Shown piece by piece: positions 49,704-60,517 of a stretch of DNA of 64,000 nt. Position 1 is the first letter of the stretch; every line of letters starts with the position of its first letter. Made by a program: the position numbers and the translations under genes. The notes under the pieces were generated by a model. The model ran no database searches and had not been told where the DNA came from. It was given only the letters and a program-made list of their open reading frames with translations. This stretch comes from Pseudomonadota bacterium (GTDB lineage Bacteria; Pseudomonadota; Alphaproteobacteria; Sneathiellales; Sneathiellaceae), in contig JANSXH010000004.1 in assembly GCA_024743055.1 (NCBI GenBank), positions 37,729 through 101,728 on the forward strand, given 5' to 3'.

Positions 49704-51035
49704 CTATGCCGTTTCCATTTCCGGCGTCATTGCCAAAATCTCGGCAAGCTTTGCATAGCATTCCTCCAGGCTCGTCTGATCCTGTTTCTGCTGAGTCATG
49801 AAATCCTCCAGCAGCGGATAGTAATACATGGCCTCATCCACATTGGGATCGGTTCCCTTGCGATAAGCTCCGAGACGGATCATTTCCGCCATATCTTCAT
49901 AGGTCGCCAGATATTGCCGGGCTTTGGCGACAACCTGGTTTTCTTCCTCCGTATTGCATCCGGGCATGGTCCGCGAAACAGATTTGAGAACATTGATCGC
50001 CGGGTAGCGTCCACGTTCCGCGATTTGCCGTTCCATTACGATATGCCCGTCGAGAATACCCCGCACCGCATCTGCGATGGGTTCATTATGATCATCACCT
50101 TCCACCAGTACGGTGAACAAGCCGGTGATTGTTCCTTTACCAGCCGAGGGCCCTGCCCGCTCCAGTAATTTCGGAAGCTCGCTGAATACGGTAGGTGTAT
50201 AACCTTTACTCGCTGGTGGTTCACCGCCCGACAAGCCGATATCCCGCTGAGCCATGGCAAAACGGGTGACACTGTCCATCAAGCAGAGGACATTATTATC
50301 CAGATCGCGGAAATATTCGGCGAGGGTCAAAGTGAGATACGCGGCCTGCCGACGCATCAAAGCGGATTCATCTGAAGTGGCGACGACGACAATGCTTCGC
50401 TTCAGTCCTTCTTCACCAAGGTCATCCTCAATAAATTCCTGAACTTCCCGTCCCCGCTCTCCGATCAGGCCGATGACATTGATGTCCGACTCTGTATTAC
50501 GGGCAAGCATGGAAAAGAGAACTGATTTACCGACACCGGATCCGGCGAAGATACCCATCCGTTGCCCCTTGCAGCAGGTCACAAAGGAATTTAGAGATCT
50601 CACTCCGAGATCGATTTTCTTACCAACCCGTTGTCGGGCATGAGCAGGCGGAGGAGAGTTTCGGTAAGGAATACTAATTTTTCCTAACTTTAATGGTGGT
50701 CCACCGTCGATTGGTTCGCCCATGGCATTAACCACACGGCCAAGCCAACTAACATCCGGATAGACCACAGGCTCCGCATCTGCGATCTCAGCTTTACAGC
50801 CAATACCGATCCCCTGAAGTGTGCCAAACGGCATCAGCAGTGTCCGGTCATCCCTGAACCCCACAACCTCACAATTGATCTGACCGCCGTCCCGCGCCCA
50901 GATATTTACCCGGCTACCAATACTCAGGCGCCGCTGTATTCCGCCAATTTCTACAAGGAGACCCTGAATAGCAGTGACCCGGCCATAGTAGCGGCCTGAA
51001 GGCAATCTGTTTACTTCTGAAATGATGCTTTGCAC
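49704..51035 (-). CDS. fliI: flagellar export ATPase
   Basis: [36 protein letters not shown]. Confidence 0.95.
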   Translation of the reverse strand: MQSIISEVNRLPSGRYYGRVTAIQGLLVEIGGIQRRLSIGSRVNIWARDGGQINCEVVGFRDDRTLLMPFGTLQGIGIGCKAEIADAEPVVYPDVSWLGRVVNAMGEPIDGGPPLKLGKISIPYRNSPPPAHARQRVGKKIDLGVRSLNSFVTCCKGQRMGIFAGSGVGKSVLFSMLARNTESDINVIGLIGERGREVQEFIEDDLGEEGLKRSIVVVATSDESALMRRQAAYLTLTLAEYFRDLDNNVLCLMDSVTRFAMAQRDIGLSGGEPPASKGYTPTVFSELPKLLERAGPSAGKGTITGLFTVLVEGDDHNEPIADAVRGILDGHIVMERQIAERGRYPAINVLKSVSRTMPGCNTEEENQVVAKARQYLATYEDMAEMIRLGAYRKGTDPNVDEAMYYYPLLEDFMTQQKQDQTSLEECYAKLAEILAMTPEMETA

Positions 51036-51051
51036 GCAAAGGCTCCGGTAT

Positions 51052-51194
51052 GACTCATTTAAACTATAGTATGCAACTGAGATTCTATTCTGACGGAGAC
51101 CTTTTAAAGATTAGTAAAGAGCCGACAATTACAGTTAACAAAGATAGTTAATTTTTGTCTTTGGCTTTAACCAATTGTTAAGTTAAGTTGTTAA
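51052..51194. promoter_or_regulatory. fliI/ctrA divergent promoter with CtrA boxes and GANTC sites
   Basis: TTAA-CCAATTG-TTAA (51167-51181), TTAA-AGATTAG-TAAA (51104-51118), GACTC at 51052, GATTC at 51081. Confidence 0.75.
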
Positions 51195-51222
51195 TACTAT
51201 CCGGGTACAGGAGGTCTAGCTG

Positions 51223-51924
51223 ATGCGGGTACTATTAATTGAAGACGACAGCTCAATGGCACGAGGCATCGAATTGATGCTAAGCGCAGAGGGCTTAAAT
51301 GTTTACACAACTGACCTTGGTGAAGAAGGTGTAGATCTGGGTAAACTCTATGACTACGACATTATTATCCTGGATTTGGGCTTGCCCGATATGTCTGGAT
51401 ACGATGTCTTGAAGAAGCTACGTACCGCCAAAGTGACCACCCCCATTTTGATTCTGTCCGGAATGTCGGAGCCAGATGACAAAGTGAAGGGTCTTGGTTT
51501 TGGCGCGGACGATTACTTGACGAAACCCTTCAACAAAGATGAGCTGGTGGCACGCATTCATGCGATTGTCAGACGCTCCAAGGGACATGCACAGTCAACG
51601 ATCCAAACCGGAAAGCTGACAGTGAACCTGGATTCCAAATCTGTTGAAGTCAGTGGCCAGCGGCTGCATCTTACCGGCAAGGAATATGGCATGCTCGAAT
51701 TGTTGAGCTTGCGCAAGGGAACAACCTTGACAAAGGAAATGTTCCTCAACCATCTCTATGGCGGTATGGATGAACCTGAGCTGAAAATCATCGACGTATT
51801 TGTCTGCAAGCTCCGTAAGAAGCTGGCAGCGGCAACGGCCGGTGACAACTATATCGAAACGGTTTGGGGGCGCGGATATGTGCTCCGTGATCCTGAAGAG
51901 CATTTACAGGCGCAGGCGAGCTAA
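51223..51924 (+). CDS. ctrA: cell-cycle response regulator
   Basis: [55 protein letters not shown]. Confidence 0.97.
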   Translation: MRVLLIEDDSSMARGIELMLSAEGLNVYTTDLGEEGVDLGKLYDYDIIILDLGLPDMSGYDVLKKLRTAKVTTPILILSGMSEPDDKVKGLGFGADDYLTKPFNKDELVARIHAIVRRSKGHAQSTIQTGKLTVNLDSKSVEVSGQRLHLTGKEYGMLELLSLRKGTTLTKEMFLNHLYGGMDEPELKIIDVFVCKLRKKLAAATAGDNYIETVWGRGYVLRDPEEHLQAQAS

Positions 51925-51937
51925 CCTGTAAGTCTCT

Positions 51938-51984
51938 CACAAAAACACCCGCGGTACTGAAAATACTGCGGGTGTTTTTTTGTG
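51938..51984. terminator. bidirectional terminator between ctrA and cheR
   Basis: AAAAACACCCGCGGTA...TACTGCGGGTGTTTTTTT. Confidence 0.8.
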
Positions 51985-52023
51985 TTATTTCCGATTTACT
52001 ATAATATAACCGGTTAAAAATAA

Positions 52024-52860
52024 TTATGCAGACTTGGCAAGTAATCCGCCGGCTGCAGAGGTGTAGACACCCTTCTGACCTTCGACTGGCTTGAAGTCAT
52101 CGCAGATCCCAAGGACAGTCTCTGCACCACCCAGGAACAGAGCGCCGTCAGACGCGATGATCTTGTGGATCTGTCCGAGGACTTTGGACTTCATCTCCTG
52201 GTCAAAATAGATCAGCACGTTGCGGCAGAAGACCACATCGAACTGTCCGAGGCTACCAAGATCCTCCAAAAGGTTCTTGTTCTGGAATTTCACCATAGCC
52301 CGGATAGAGCTGTCGATCTGCCACATCTCACCCATTTGCTGGAAGTATTTGACCAGCAGTTGGATCGGCAGACCGCGTTGAACTTCAAACTGGGAATAGA
52401 GACCAGCCTTGGCTTTTTCAAGGACTTCATTAGAGATGTCCGTCGCCATGATCTCAACCCGCCAGCCTGCCATTTTCGCCGCTTCTTCTTTCAGCAGCAT
52501 GGCAAGTGAATAGGGTTCCTGCCCTGTCGAGCAGGCAGCGTTCCAAATCCGCAAAGATTTCTGGGCCGCCCGTTTCTCCAACAGCTGTGGCAACACCAGG
52601 CTCTTGAACGTATCGAACGGCTTGTTATCGCGGAAGAAGAAAGTCTCGTTGGTGGTCATTGCCTCTGTAATCTCAGACAACAACCGCTCATCCCGATGAC
52701 GCCGTACTTCTTCAGCAAGATCTTCAAGGCTGTCCAGTCCACGACGCCGGGCAAGCGGCACCAAGCGACTTTCAAGCAAATAAACTTTTTCCTCTGTCAG
52801 GACCAGGCCTGACCGTTCACGAACGATGTCGCCAAAAAGCTGGAAGTCCTGACTATTCAT
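52024..52860 (-). CDS. cheR: chemotaxis methyltransferase
   Basis: TTNETFFFRD, ACSTGQEPYS, CRNVLIYF. Confidence 0.94.
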   Translation of the reverse strand: MNSQDFQLFGDIVRERSGLVLTEEKVYLLESRLVPLARRRGLDSLEDLAEEVRRHRDERLLSEITEAMTTNETFFFRDNKPFDTFKSLVLPQLLEKRAAQKSLRIWNAACSTGQEPYSLAMLLKEEAAKMAGWRVEIMATDISNEVLEKAKAGLYSQFEVQRGLPIQLLVKYFQQMGEMWQIDSSIRAMVKFQNKNLLEDLGSLGQFDVVFCRNVLIYFDQEMKSKVLGQIHKIIASDGALFLGGAETVLGICDDFKPVEGQKGVYTSAAGGLLAKSA

Positions 52861-54020
52861 GACGGCCTCCCGCTAACTGCTTGCTCGATCGCATTGGAAA
52901 TTTTAGGCAGCGGCAAGACGGAATTACATATTCCGGCATTGGCGACAGCGCCAGGCATGCCCCAAACAACACTTGTTTCTTCATCTTGACCAATCACGAC
53001 CGCTCCTGTTTCTGCCAGTTCCTTACAGCCATTCAATCCGTCCTGTCCCATACCGGTCAGAATAACTGTTAATACACCGCTATCGTAAACAGAGTGTAAA
53101 CTCCGCAGCATCGGGTCGACCGAGGGGCGACAGAAATTCTCAGGAGGATTCTGGTTGAGACGGATCCGGGGCACACCGTCATCTTTGACGACTGTCATAT
53201 GCCAGTCTCCGGGTGCCACATAAACCTGACCATCAACGACCGGGTCCCCGTCTTTTGCTTCAACGCATGGCTTATCATAAATTTTGTTCAGATGTTCTGC
53301 CAGAATGGCCGTAAAGGTCGCTGGCATATGTTGGGTGACAAATATCGGCAGATTCAACTTGCCTTTCAGATCTCCAAACAACTTGAATAGTGCCTGCGGT
53401 CCCCCTGTGGACGATCCGATTGCCAGTACTTTTGGCAACATGCTCGTCATCTGGCGACGCAGTTCAAACGGCTTCTTCTCCGGGAGAATAGCTTTCAGCC
53501 GATCTTGTGTTTTGACCGGGTCAACCCGTGACGGCCCCTTGGCCTGCACTGGCACCCCTGTTCGGGCTCGCCTTGTCGACCCCAATGCCCGGACTTTTTC
53601 TGTCAATCCGCGTTGAAACTCATCTTTGTCAAGAGCTGTACGCGTGGATTCCGGCTTGGCAATGTAATCCGCAGCCCCTTTTGCCAGTGCAGTCATGCTG
53701 ACAGTGGCATTTCTCCGGGTCAGGGTGGATGCCATGATGACCTGGACATCTTTGTCTTTGCCGATCAATAGCGGCAATGCTGTCATCCCGTCCATTTCAG
53801 GCATTTCAATATCCAGAATGACGATCTCGGGATGAAATCTGTCAAATTCTCGAAGCGCCATTGCCCCATTATTGGCAATTGCAACGACCTCAATATCGGG
53901 TTCTGCTTCGAGCCATTTTCTCAAAAATCCCCGGATGACAGCAGAGTCATCGACGATCATGACGCGGTAGGGTTCTCCGGCAGAATTTTTACTTATTACT
54001 GATGTGCTGAGTTGCGCCAC
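52857..54020 (-). CDS. cheB: chemotaxis methylesterase
   Basis: Receiver domain plus GSSTGGP, QHMP, RPSVD, LTGMG-x-DG. Confidence 0.94.
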   Translation of the reverse strand: MAQLSTSVISKNSAGEPYRVMIVDDSAVIRGFLRKWLEAEPDIEVVAIANNGAMALREFDRFHPEIVILDIEMPEMDGMTALPLLIGKDKDVQVIMASTLTRRNATVSMTALAKGAADYIAKPESTRTALDKDEFQRGLTEKVRALGSTRRARTGVPVQAKGPSRVDPVKTQDRLKAILPEKKPFELRRQMTSMLPKVLAIGSSTGGPQALFKLFGDLKGKLNLPIFVTQHMPATFTAILAEHLNKIYDKPCVEAKDGDPVVDGQVYVAPGDWHMTVVKDDGVPRIRLNQNPPENFCRPSVDPMLRSLHSVYDSGVLTVILTGMGQDGLNGCKELAETGAVVIGQDEETSVVWGMPGAVANAGICNSVLPLPKISNAIEQAVSGRPS

Positions 54021-54386
54021 TTAGAGGACCCCCACTTGCGAAAATTTGGCTTCGATGATCGCCCGGTCGAAGGGCTTCATGATATATTCGTTAGCGCCGG
54101 CAGAAATTGCCTCACGGATGTGAGCCATATCGTTTTCAGTCGTGCAGAAGATGACAACCGGGTCCTCTCCGCCCTGGGATTTGCGCAGACTGCGCAGGAA
54201 ATCGATGCCGTTCATGACTGGCATGTTCCAGTCCAGCAAGATGACGTCCGGCATCTTTTCAAGACAGGTGCTCAATGCCCCTTTGCCATCTTCGGCTTCC
54301 TGAATTCCAAATTTGAGATCTTCAAGTATCCGGCGGGCGACCATCCGGACTACTTTGGAATCGTCAACAATCAAACATGATGGCAT
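54021..54386 (-). CDS. cheY: chemotaxis response regulator
   Basis: VDDS, LDWNMP, FCTTEN, KPF. Confidence 0.9.
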   Translation of the reverse strand: MPSCLIVDDSKVVRMVARRILEDLKFGIQEAEDGKGALSTCLEKMPDVILLDWNMPVMNGIDFLRSLRKSQGGEDPVVIFCTTENDMAHIREAISAGANEYIMKPFDRAIIEAKFSQVGVL

Positions 54387-54404
54387 TATTATTCTCCGAT
54401 GTGC

Positions 54405-54860
54405 TTATGCTGCAATGTCTGAACTTCCTGCGAAATCCAGAAGCCGCTCAATCTGCAAAACGACCAGTAGTTTTTCATCAAGCCGATATATGCCAGCGGA
54501 GACATCACGCCAGCGCGTGTCCAATGTCACCGGATTTTGTTGCATATCTTCGGCGTTCAAACTTAGTACTTCTCCGACATTGTCGATCATCAGGCTGTAA
54601 GGTTCTCCATGATGCTCAACAACGACACTCATTCCCTTCATATCCTCATCAAGGGCCGGAAGGCCAAGGCGTTTGCGAACGTCAATGGCGGTTACAATCC
54701 GCCCTCTGAGGTTAAGAGCACCTGCAACTTCGGCAGGAGCCAAGGGTATTTTCGTTAAGGATAGATTGCGAAGAACGTCATGGACTTCCAGAACTGGAAT
54801 TCCGAAGAGTTGATCTGCAATCGTGACTGTTACATATTCCTGTAGATTTTCTTCGCTCAT
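54405..54860 (-). CDS. cheW: chemotaxis coupling protein
   Basis: FGIPV, GALNLRGRIVTAID. Confidence 0.92.
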   Translation of the reverse strand: MSEENLQEYVTVTIADQLFGIPVLEVHDVLRNLSLTKIPLAPAEVAGALNLRGRIVTAIDVRKRLGLPALDEDMKGMSVVVEHHGEPYSLMIDNVGEVLSLNAEDMQQNPVTLDTRWRDVSAGIYRLDEKLLVVLQIERLLDFAGSSDIAA

Positions 54861-57598
54861 TTCGCGCTCCCCCCTGCTCTTAGGGTCTGTGAAAGTGTTT
54901 GCATCAGACTATCGCGATCGAACTTCGCAACATAATCGGTAAAGCCGACCTTGCGGCCCCGATCAAAATCCTGTGGTGTCGTATGGGAAGACAAGGCGAC
55001 AATCGGTGTATCCTGCCATCTTTCATCTCCAAGAACTTCTTCAGCAAACTGGAATCCGTCCATTTCCGGCATTTCGATATCACTGATGATGATGTCGAAG
55101 GATTTGCCATGCTCACGTAATTCCAGAGCACTCATTCCGTTATCCGCTGTGCTGACATCATAACCGGCTGTGCTCAGAAGCGGGACAAGCATGTTGCGGA
55201 AGAACGGGCTATCATCGACCAGCAAGACTTTCTGGCGGGACCCTTCTTCTCCGTAAGGCGCAGTATCACCGGCGCCGAACCATCCTCCGAAGCATTTTTC
55301 GAGGTAATAACCGACATCAATAAGGTCTGTAGCTTTTTCCCGAATAACGGCGCTACCAATAAAGCCGTCAGTTTTCGAAGCCATTTCCACATCGAGGTGA
55401 TCTTCGACAATATCAACGATCTCATCTACGACCAGGCCCATAGTCCGTTCCTGATCGCTAAAGACCAGCACCGGCTGGCGACCTTCAGAAACCAGCTCTG
55501 TTCCCTCGTCAATTGTTGTCAACGGCATCAACTGACCGCGATATTGGACAACCATCTTGTCATCTGCAGTTTCAATAGTTTCGACATCAATTTCTTCGAG
55601 GCGGGCGACGAGCGAGAGCGGTACAGCTTTCGGTTCCTCACCACCAGCACGGAAGACCAGAAGTGCAATTTTGTCTTCAAGACGGGCACTTTGGTCGATT
55701 TCTTCATTGACGGTCTGTTCTGCACCGGCAACCGCTTCACCGGACTTGGCAGCGATACCGTTTGGATCCAGGATCATAATGACACTACCGTCACCGAGAA
55801 TGGTGTTCCCAGAGAAGATAGACAGATTTTTAAGGATCGGTGCAATCGGTTTGACGACGATCTCTTCTGTATCAAACACGCGATCAACAACAATCCCGAA
55901 AGTATAATCGCCCACTTGTGTGACAACTATAAACTCTTCTGGACCTTTGACTTCACTCTTGTCCGCAACCTCGTCAGCAGCTGTCTCCAGGCGTAGAATA
56001 TCGTTTAAATGAACAAGCGGCAGCAGATGATCACGCAACCTTAATACCGGACTGTCGTTGATCATCTCAATGGTATGAACGCTTTCCTTGTCCATAGAAG
56101 CCCGTACGAGTTCCACGACGCTTGTTTGCGGAATGGCGAACCGTTCGGAGCAACATTCAACAACAAGGGCAGAAACAATAGCAAGTGTCAGTGGGATCTT
56201 GATCGTAAAGGTGGATCCGGACCCTTCTTCTGACGTCAAGGCAATGGTTCCGCCGATCTTCTCAATGTTAGAGCGAACCACATCCATGCCGACACCACGG
56301 CCAGACACATTGGTTACTTTCTCAGCAGTAGAGAAGCCCGGCTTCATAATGAAGTTCTGGATCTGCTGGGTGGACATGGCATCCAACTCAGCTTCTGTTG
56401 CCAGGCCGTTTTCGATCACCTTGTCTTTGATCTTTTCACTGTTCAGTCCGCGGCCATCGTCCGTGATTGTAATAATGATATGTCCGCCTTCATGGAAGGC
56501 ATCGAGGACAATTCGTCCGGTTTCCTTTTTCCCGTTGGCCACCCGATCTGCAGGTTGCTCCAAACCATGGTCGGCCGAATTCCGAACCATATGGGTCAGC
56601 GGGTCTTTGATCAGTTCAAGCACCTGGCGATCAAGCTCGGTTTCTGCGCCGTTCATGACCAGATCAATTTTCTTTTCCAGTTCATGGCTCAGATCGCGAA
56701 CAATCCGGGGCAGTTTGGACCAGGCATTCCCAATCGGCTGCATGCGGGTTTTCATTAACCCTTCCTGTAATTCCGTGGTTACATGGCTCAGGCGTTGCAG
56801 CGGTACGGTAAATTCATTGTCATCCATGCCGCGCACCATCTGTAAAAGCTGGTTACGTGTCAGGACAAGCTCGCTCACCATTGTCATCAGATTTTCAAGC
56901 ATCTCGACATTGACGCGAATGCTCTGATTGGCGATAGATTCTTTCGGGGCGCCATCGGCAGCCGCCTTTTCTTCCTTCTTCGCTTTTTTCTTTTCCGCCT
57001 TGGCAGGCTTTTCGGCAATGATATCGTCAGGACCTGGTGCGGCGTTAAAGGCTGCTTCCAGTTCATCCAGAGATACTTCACCTGGTTTCAGATCTTCAGC
57101 GGGACTCTCATCGGGACCGTCCGCTGCCTGGAATGCCGCTTCCAGCTCTTCCTCGGAGACATTGCCGTCAGCTGATTCTGCTTTGGCTTCCTCAGGCTGC
57201 TCAGCAGGCGCTTCCTCAGCCCCTCCGAAAGCAACTTCATTCAGTCGAGCAATAAGGTCCGCATCATCTCCCTCCGGCTCCTCCTCAGTTTCTTCGATGA
57301 CCGCGAGAATATCCTTAATGATGTCCATGGCTTCCAGGATGATCGTTACGACATCGGCCGTAACAGTCAGTTCCTTGTCACGGATTTTCCCAAGGACATT
57401 TTCCCCTGCATGCGCAACAGCTTCCAGCCGGGGCAATCCCAGGAACCCACAGGTTCCCTTGATGGTGTGAACCAGTCTGAAAATATTGTCTATCTGGCTT
57501 TCATCACTCGGATCTTGTTCCAAAACAACGAGGGACGCATCGACAATGCCGATGTTTTCGTTTGTTTCTGTCAAAAACTCACTTAGCAGGTCATCCAT
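54857..57598 (-). CDS. cheA: hybrid CheA (Hpt-dimerisation-HATPase-CheW-CheW-receiver)
   Basis: MDDLLSEF, HTIKG, HMVRNSADHG, SGRGVGMDVV, two CheW-like domains, C-terminal LVDDS...DIEMP. Confidence 0.93.
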   Translation of the reverse strand: MDDLLSEFLTETNENIGIVDASLVVLEQDPSDESQIDNIFRLVHTIKGTCGFLGLPRLEAVAHAGENVLGKIRDKELTVTADVVTIILEAMDIIKDILAVIEETEEEPEGDDADLIARLNEVAFGGAEEAPAEQPEEAKAESADGNVSEEELEAAFQAADGPDESPAEDLKPGEVSLDELEAAFNAAPGPDDIIAEKPAKAEKKKAKKEEKAAADGAPKESIANQSIRVNVEMLENLMTMVSELVLTRNQLLQMVRGMDDNEFTVPLQRLSHVTTELQEGLMKTRMQPIGNAWSKLPRIVRDLSHELEKKIDLVMNGAETELDRQVLELIKDPLTHMVRNSADHGLEQPADRVANGKKETGRIVLDAFHEGGHIIITITDDGRGLNSEKIKDKVIENGLATEAELDAMSTQQIQNFIMKPGFSTAEKVTNVSGRGVGMDVVRSNIEKIGGTIALTSEEGSGSTFTIKIPLTLAIVSALVVECCSERFAIPQTSVVELVRASMDKESVHTIEMINDSPVLRLRDHLLPLVHLNDILRLETAADEVADKSEVKGPEEFIVVTQVGDYTFGIVVDRVFDTEEIVVKPIAPILKNLSIFSGNTILGDGSVIMILDPNGIAAKSGEAVAGAEQTVNEEIDQSARLEDKIALLVFRAGGEEPKAVPLSLVARLEEIDVETIETADDKMVVQYRGQLMPLTTIDEGTELVSEGRQPVLVFSDQERTMGLVVDEIVDIVEDHLDVEMASKTDGFIGSAVIREKATDLIDVGYYLEKCFGGWFGAGDTAPYGEEGSRQKVLLVDDSPFFRNMLVPLLSTAGYDVSTADNGMSALELREHGKSFDIIISDIEMPEMDGFQFAEEVLGDERWQDTPIVALSSHTTPQDFDRGRKVGFTDYVAKFDRDSLMQTLSQTLRAGGSAK

Positions 57599-57682
57599 GG
57601 TATTACACTCTTCACTCTTACTCATTTTGCCTTTTCAGGCGTACACGTACTCATTACTTGATATGAGAATGAAGGATATAGG

Positions 57683-57697
57683 TTAACAAGCGGTTAC
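57683..57697 (-). promoter_or_regulatory. CtrA box upstream of the che operon
   Basis: Minus strand GTAA-CCGCTTG-TTAA(C). Confidence 0.65.
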
Positions 57698-57834
57698 GAA
57701 GACCGGCTGAAAACGGGCTTTTTTTGACCTGCCTAAAATTTTTCTAGAATTTTTGCTAATGCAATAATCGGACTAATGGCAAGGCATGAATTCAATTCAA
57801 GCCATTGCCTTTTTCTGTCGTGGAAAAAGCACCG

Positions 57835-58470
57835 TTAACTATGAGCGGAAAGAACCACCTTCTCTTCTTCCATAGAAACGATTTCGATTTTCGCTCCACT
57901 ATTTTCACAGAGCGCCATTACATAATAGATACCGACATTAAGGGCACTAAGTTTGTCGTTATCGTATCCGGAAAGGATTGCGCTTGTTATCTCTTCTCGT
58001 AAAGTCGCCCTTGCACCAGAGGCGGTAAAACTAAAGTTCCAATCTGAACCTGAGACAGTTCCATCGACCTTAAGATCGCCCCCTCTAGGCAACGCGGAAG
58101 CGGCTAAGACAACAAGGTTACACAAGATCTTGACGGCATCCTTAGACATATTCTCCGCACCACCAGCGTCATCCGGCCAATCAAGGGTTACTTTCCCATA
58201 CGACATAAAGTCGCGGCTTAACTGACGGGCGTCGCGAATGGATATTTCTTGACCCATGCTGCCGGCCAGGCCGAATGCCAGACGGTAAAACTGAAGTCGT
58301 GCAGATGCTTCCCCAGCACTCTGGCTGACAAGCTCGAGCGCCTGGTCCCGCATATCTTCATTGCCTTCGTCCTGAAGCAACTCAATACCGTTGTTCACAG
58401 CTCCAATAGGACCAATGACATCGTGACATAACTTGGAACTCATTAAGGCTGCCAGTTTCAAATCAATCAT
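57835..58470 (-). CDS. chpT: histidine phosphotransferase ChpT
   Basis: LAALMSSKLCHDVIGPIGAVNNGIELL, LQFYRLAFG, ALPRGG. Confidence 0.9.
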   Translation of the reverse strand: MIDLKLAALMSSKLCHDVIGPIGAVNNGIELLQDEGNEDMRDQALELVSQSAGEASARLQFYRLAFGLAGSMGQEISIRDARQLSRDFMSYGKVTLDWPDDAGGAENMSKDAVKILCNLVVLAASALPRGGDLKVDGTVSGSDWNFSFTASGARATLREEITSAILSGYDNDKLSALNVGIYYVMALCENSGAKIEIVSMEEEKVVLSAHS

Positions 58471-58595
58471 GATGTCTCCAATTTAAGCTACTACCCGAGT
58501 ATAGGGGAAAAAAACGGAACAACCTTTGTCGTCCCTACGATATTTTGATAAAAGGAATATGCAACAATCCCGCATATCATGTTAAGTGAAAAATC

Positions 58596-58796
58596 ATGCT
58601 CGCTTTGTTTTCACCAGGACAGCTTGTCCGCAATCCGCTCGAACCGACTTGGGGTATAGGTCAGGTCCAATCCTCTGTCGCCGATCGAGTGACGGTGAAT
58701 TTTGAGCATGCTGGAAAGCAATTAATTATCACGAGCGTGGTTGAGTTGGTCGCGGTGAGTGAGGCAGAGTTGCAAGAACGTAACTCAAAAAGTTAA
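58596..58796 (+). CDS. DUF3553 family protein
   Basis: PG-x-LVR-x-P-x-x-P-x-WGIGQVQS...VTVNFEHAGK; divergent from chpT. Confidence 0.8.
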   Translation: MLALFSPGQLVRNPLEPTWGIGQVQSSVADRVTVNFEHAGKQLIITSVVELVAVSEAELQERNSKS

Positions 58797-58807
58797 GGAA
58801 GGCTGAG

Positions 58808-60517
58808 ATGGCGGCAGGTAAGATGACATTTGCAGTTCCAAAAGCCCCCGGCAAGGGAGGCCGTAAGGCACGCTATCAAAAGAAGGGCCGCCAGGTAGAC
58901 CCAAAAGCAACTCGTGAGATATCTGCGTTGCTCGGGGATCGGTCACGTCAGAAAGATCTGCTGATTGAGCATCTCCATCTCATTCAGGATACGTATGGTT
59001 ATCTGTCTGCCTCGCATCTTACAGCCCTTGCGGAAGAAATGCGCATGGCCCTGGCCGAAGTCTATGAAGTCGCCACCTTTTATCACAATTTTGATGTGGT
59101 TACCGAGCGTGACGCTGTGCCTGCCGCACTGACCATCAAAGTCTGCGATAGCCTGAGCTGTGAAATGGCTGGATCCGAAAAACTCAAACAGGACCTTGCC
59201 GCCAAATATGGCGCCAATATCCGGGTCACTCACGGAGCCTGTATGGGCCGCTGTGAATGCGCACCCGTTGTCCGGCTCAAAGATCGCTATGCAGAAAATG
59301 CCACTCTGACTAATGTCGATGAGATGGTGGAAGCGGCCAAGTTGGATGATCCCCTGCCGGAATTGCACGCGCCTTCCCTCAATGCATACCAGAAGGACGG
59401 CGGCTTTAAGGTTCTGGCTTCTTTGCGAACCGGAGAGCTTACGGCTGAGGCAATTATTGAGACCTTGAGTGATAGCGGCCATCGTGGACTTGGTGGCGCA
59501 GGCTTTCCCCATGCGCTGAAACTGAACTCCGTCCTCTCGGTCCCTGGACCTCGATTGATGGCTGTCAATGCCGATGAAAGTGAGCCGGGTACCTTCAAGG
59601 ACCGCCATTTCATGAACAGCAACCCTTTGCAATTTCTGGAAGGGATGCTGATTGCTGCCGAGATTGTCGATGCGAAGGCGATCTATATATTCCTGAGGGA
59701 TGAGTATCCCGAAACAGCTCAACTACTGACAGCCTGCATTATGGATATTGAAGGAGCGGGACTAGACGGTGGACGGCCGATCCATCTGCGCCGCGGTGCC
59801 GGGTCCTACATCTGCGGGGAAGAAAGCGCCATGCTGGAGAGCATTGAGGGCAAACGCGGCCTGCCCCGGCACAAGCCGCCCTTCCCGGCTCATGTCGGTC
59901 TGTTCGGTCAGCCGACACTGATTAACAACGTGGAAACTCTCTATTGGTTACCAGATATTATTAACAAGGGTGCCGACTGGTTTAAAGAAGGGGGACGTCA
60001 CGGTGGTACCGGCTTCCGTACTTTCTCTCTGTCCGGCCATGTCAACAAGCCTGGGGTCTATATCACCCCTGCAGGAATCACGGCTCAGGAACTGATCGTT
60101 GAATTTGGTGGCGGCATGAAAGACGGCCACCAGTTCCGCGCCTATCTCCCGGGTGGGGCTTCTGGCGGAATTCTTCCGGCCAGCATGGCCGATATTCCGA
60201 TGGACTTCGGGACATTGGAAAAATATGACTGTTTTATCGGCTCGGCGGCCGTCATTGTGCTTTCTGATCAGGATGACATGAAAATGGTCGGGCGCAATCT
60301 GATGCATTTCTTTGAAGATGAAAGCTGCGGCCAATGTACGCCTTGCCGTGCCGGCACCGAGAAAGCCCTCAAACTAATGGAAGCAGACAGCTGGGATGAA
60401 GATCTCCTCATTGAGCTCAGTGACTGCATGCGAGACGCCTCCATCTGCGGATTAGGCCAGGCGGCGCCAAACGGATTGCTTTCGATCCTCAAACATTTCC
60501 CGGAGGACGTCAAATGA
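58808..60517 (+). CDS. NAD-linked formate dehydrogenase beta subunit (NuoE-NuoF fusion)
   Basis: EVATFY, C-x4-C...CMGRC (2Fe-2S), RGLGGAGFP, DESEPGTFKD, YICGEE, SCGQCTPCR...ICGLG. Confidence 0.88.
   Translation: MAAGKMTFAVPKAPGKGGRKARYQKKGRQVDPKATREISALLGDRSRQKDLLIEHLHLIQDTYGYLSASHLTALAEEMRMALAEVYEVATFYHNFDVVTERDAVPAALTIKVCDSLSCEMAGSEKLKQDLAAKYGANIRVTHGACMGRCECAPVVRLKDRYAENATLTNVDEMVEAAKLDDPLPELHAPSLNAYQKDGGFKVLASLRTGELTAEAIIETLSDSGHRGLGGAGFPHALKLNSVLSVPGPRLMAVNADESEPGTFKDRHFMNSNPLQFLEGMLIAAEIVDAKAIYIFLRDEYPETAQLLTACIMDIEGAGLDGGRPIHLRRGAGSYICGEESAMLESIEGKRGLPRHKPPFPAHVGLFGQPTLINNVETLYWLPDIINKGADWFKEGGRHGGTGFRTFSLSGHVNKPGVYITPAGITAQELIVEFGGGMKDGHQFRAYLPGGASGGILPASMADIPMDFGTLEKYDCFIGSAAVIVLSDQDDMKMVGRNLMHFFEDESCGQCTPCRAGTEKALKLMEADSWDEDLLIELSDCMRDASICGLGQAAPNGLLSILKHFPEDVK

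Noticed and set aside
52024-58470. Apparently lower GC in the che/chpT genes as a sign of horizontal transfer
   Set aside because: Gene order, the CtrA box and linkage to ctrA/chpT fit native genes; the composition shift was not quantified
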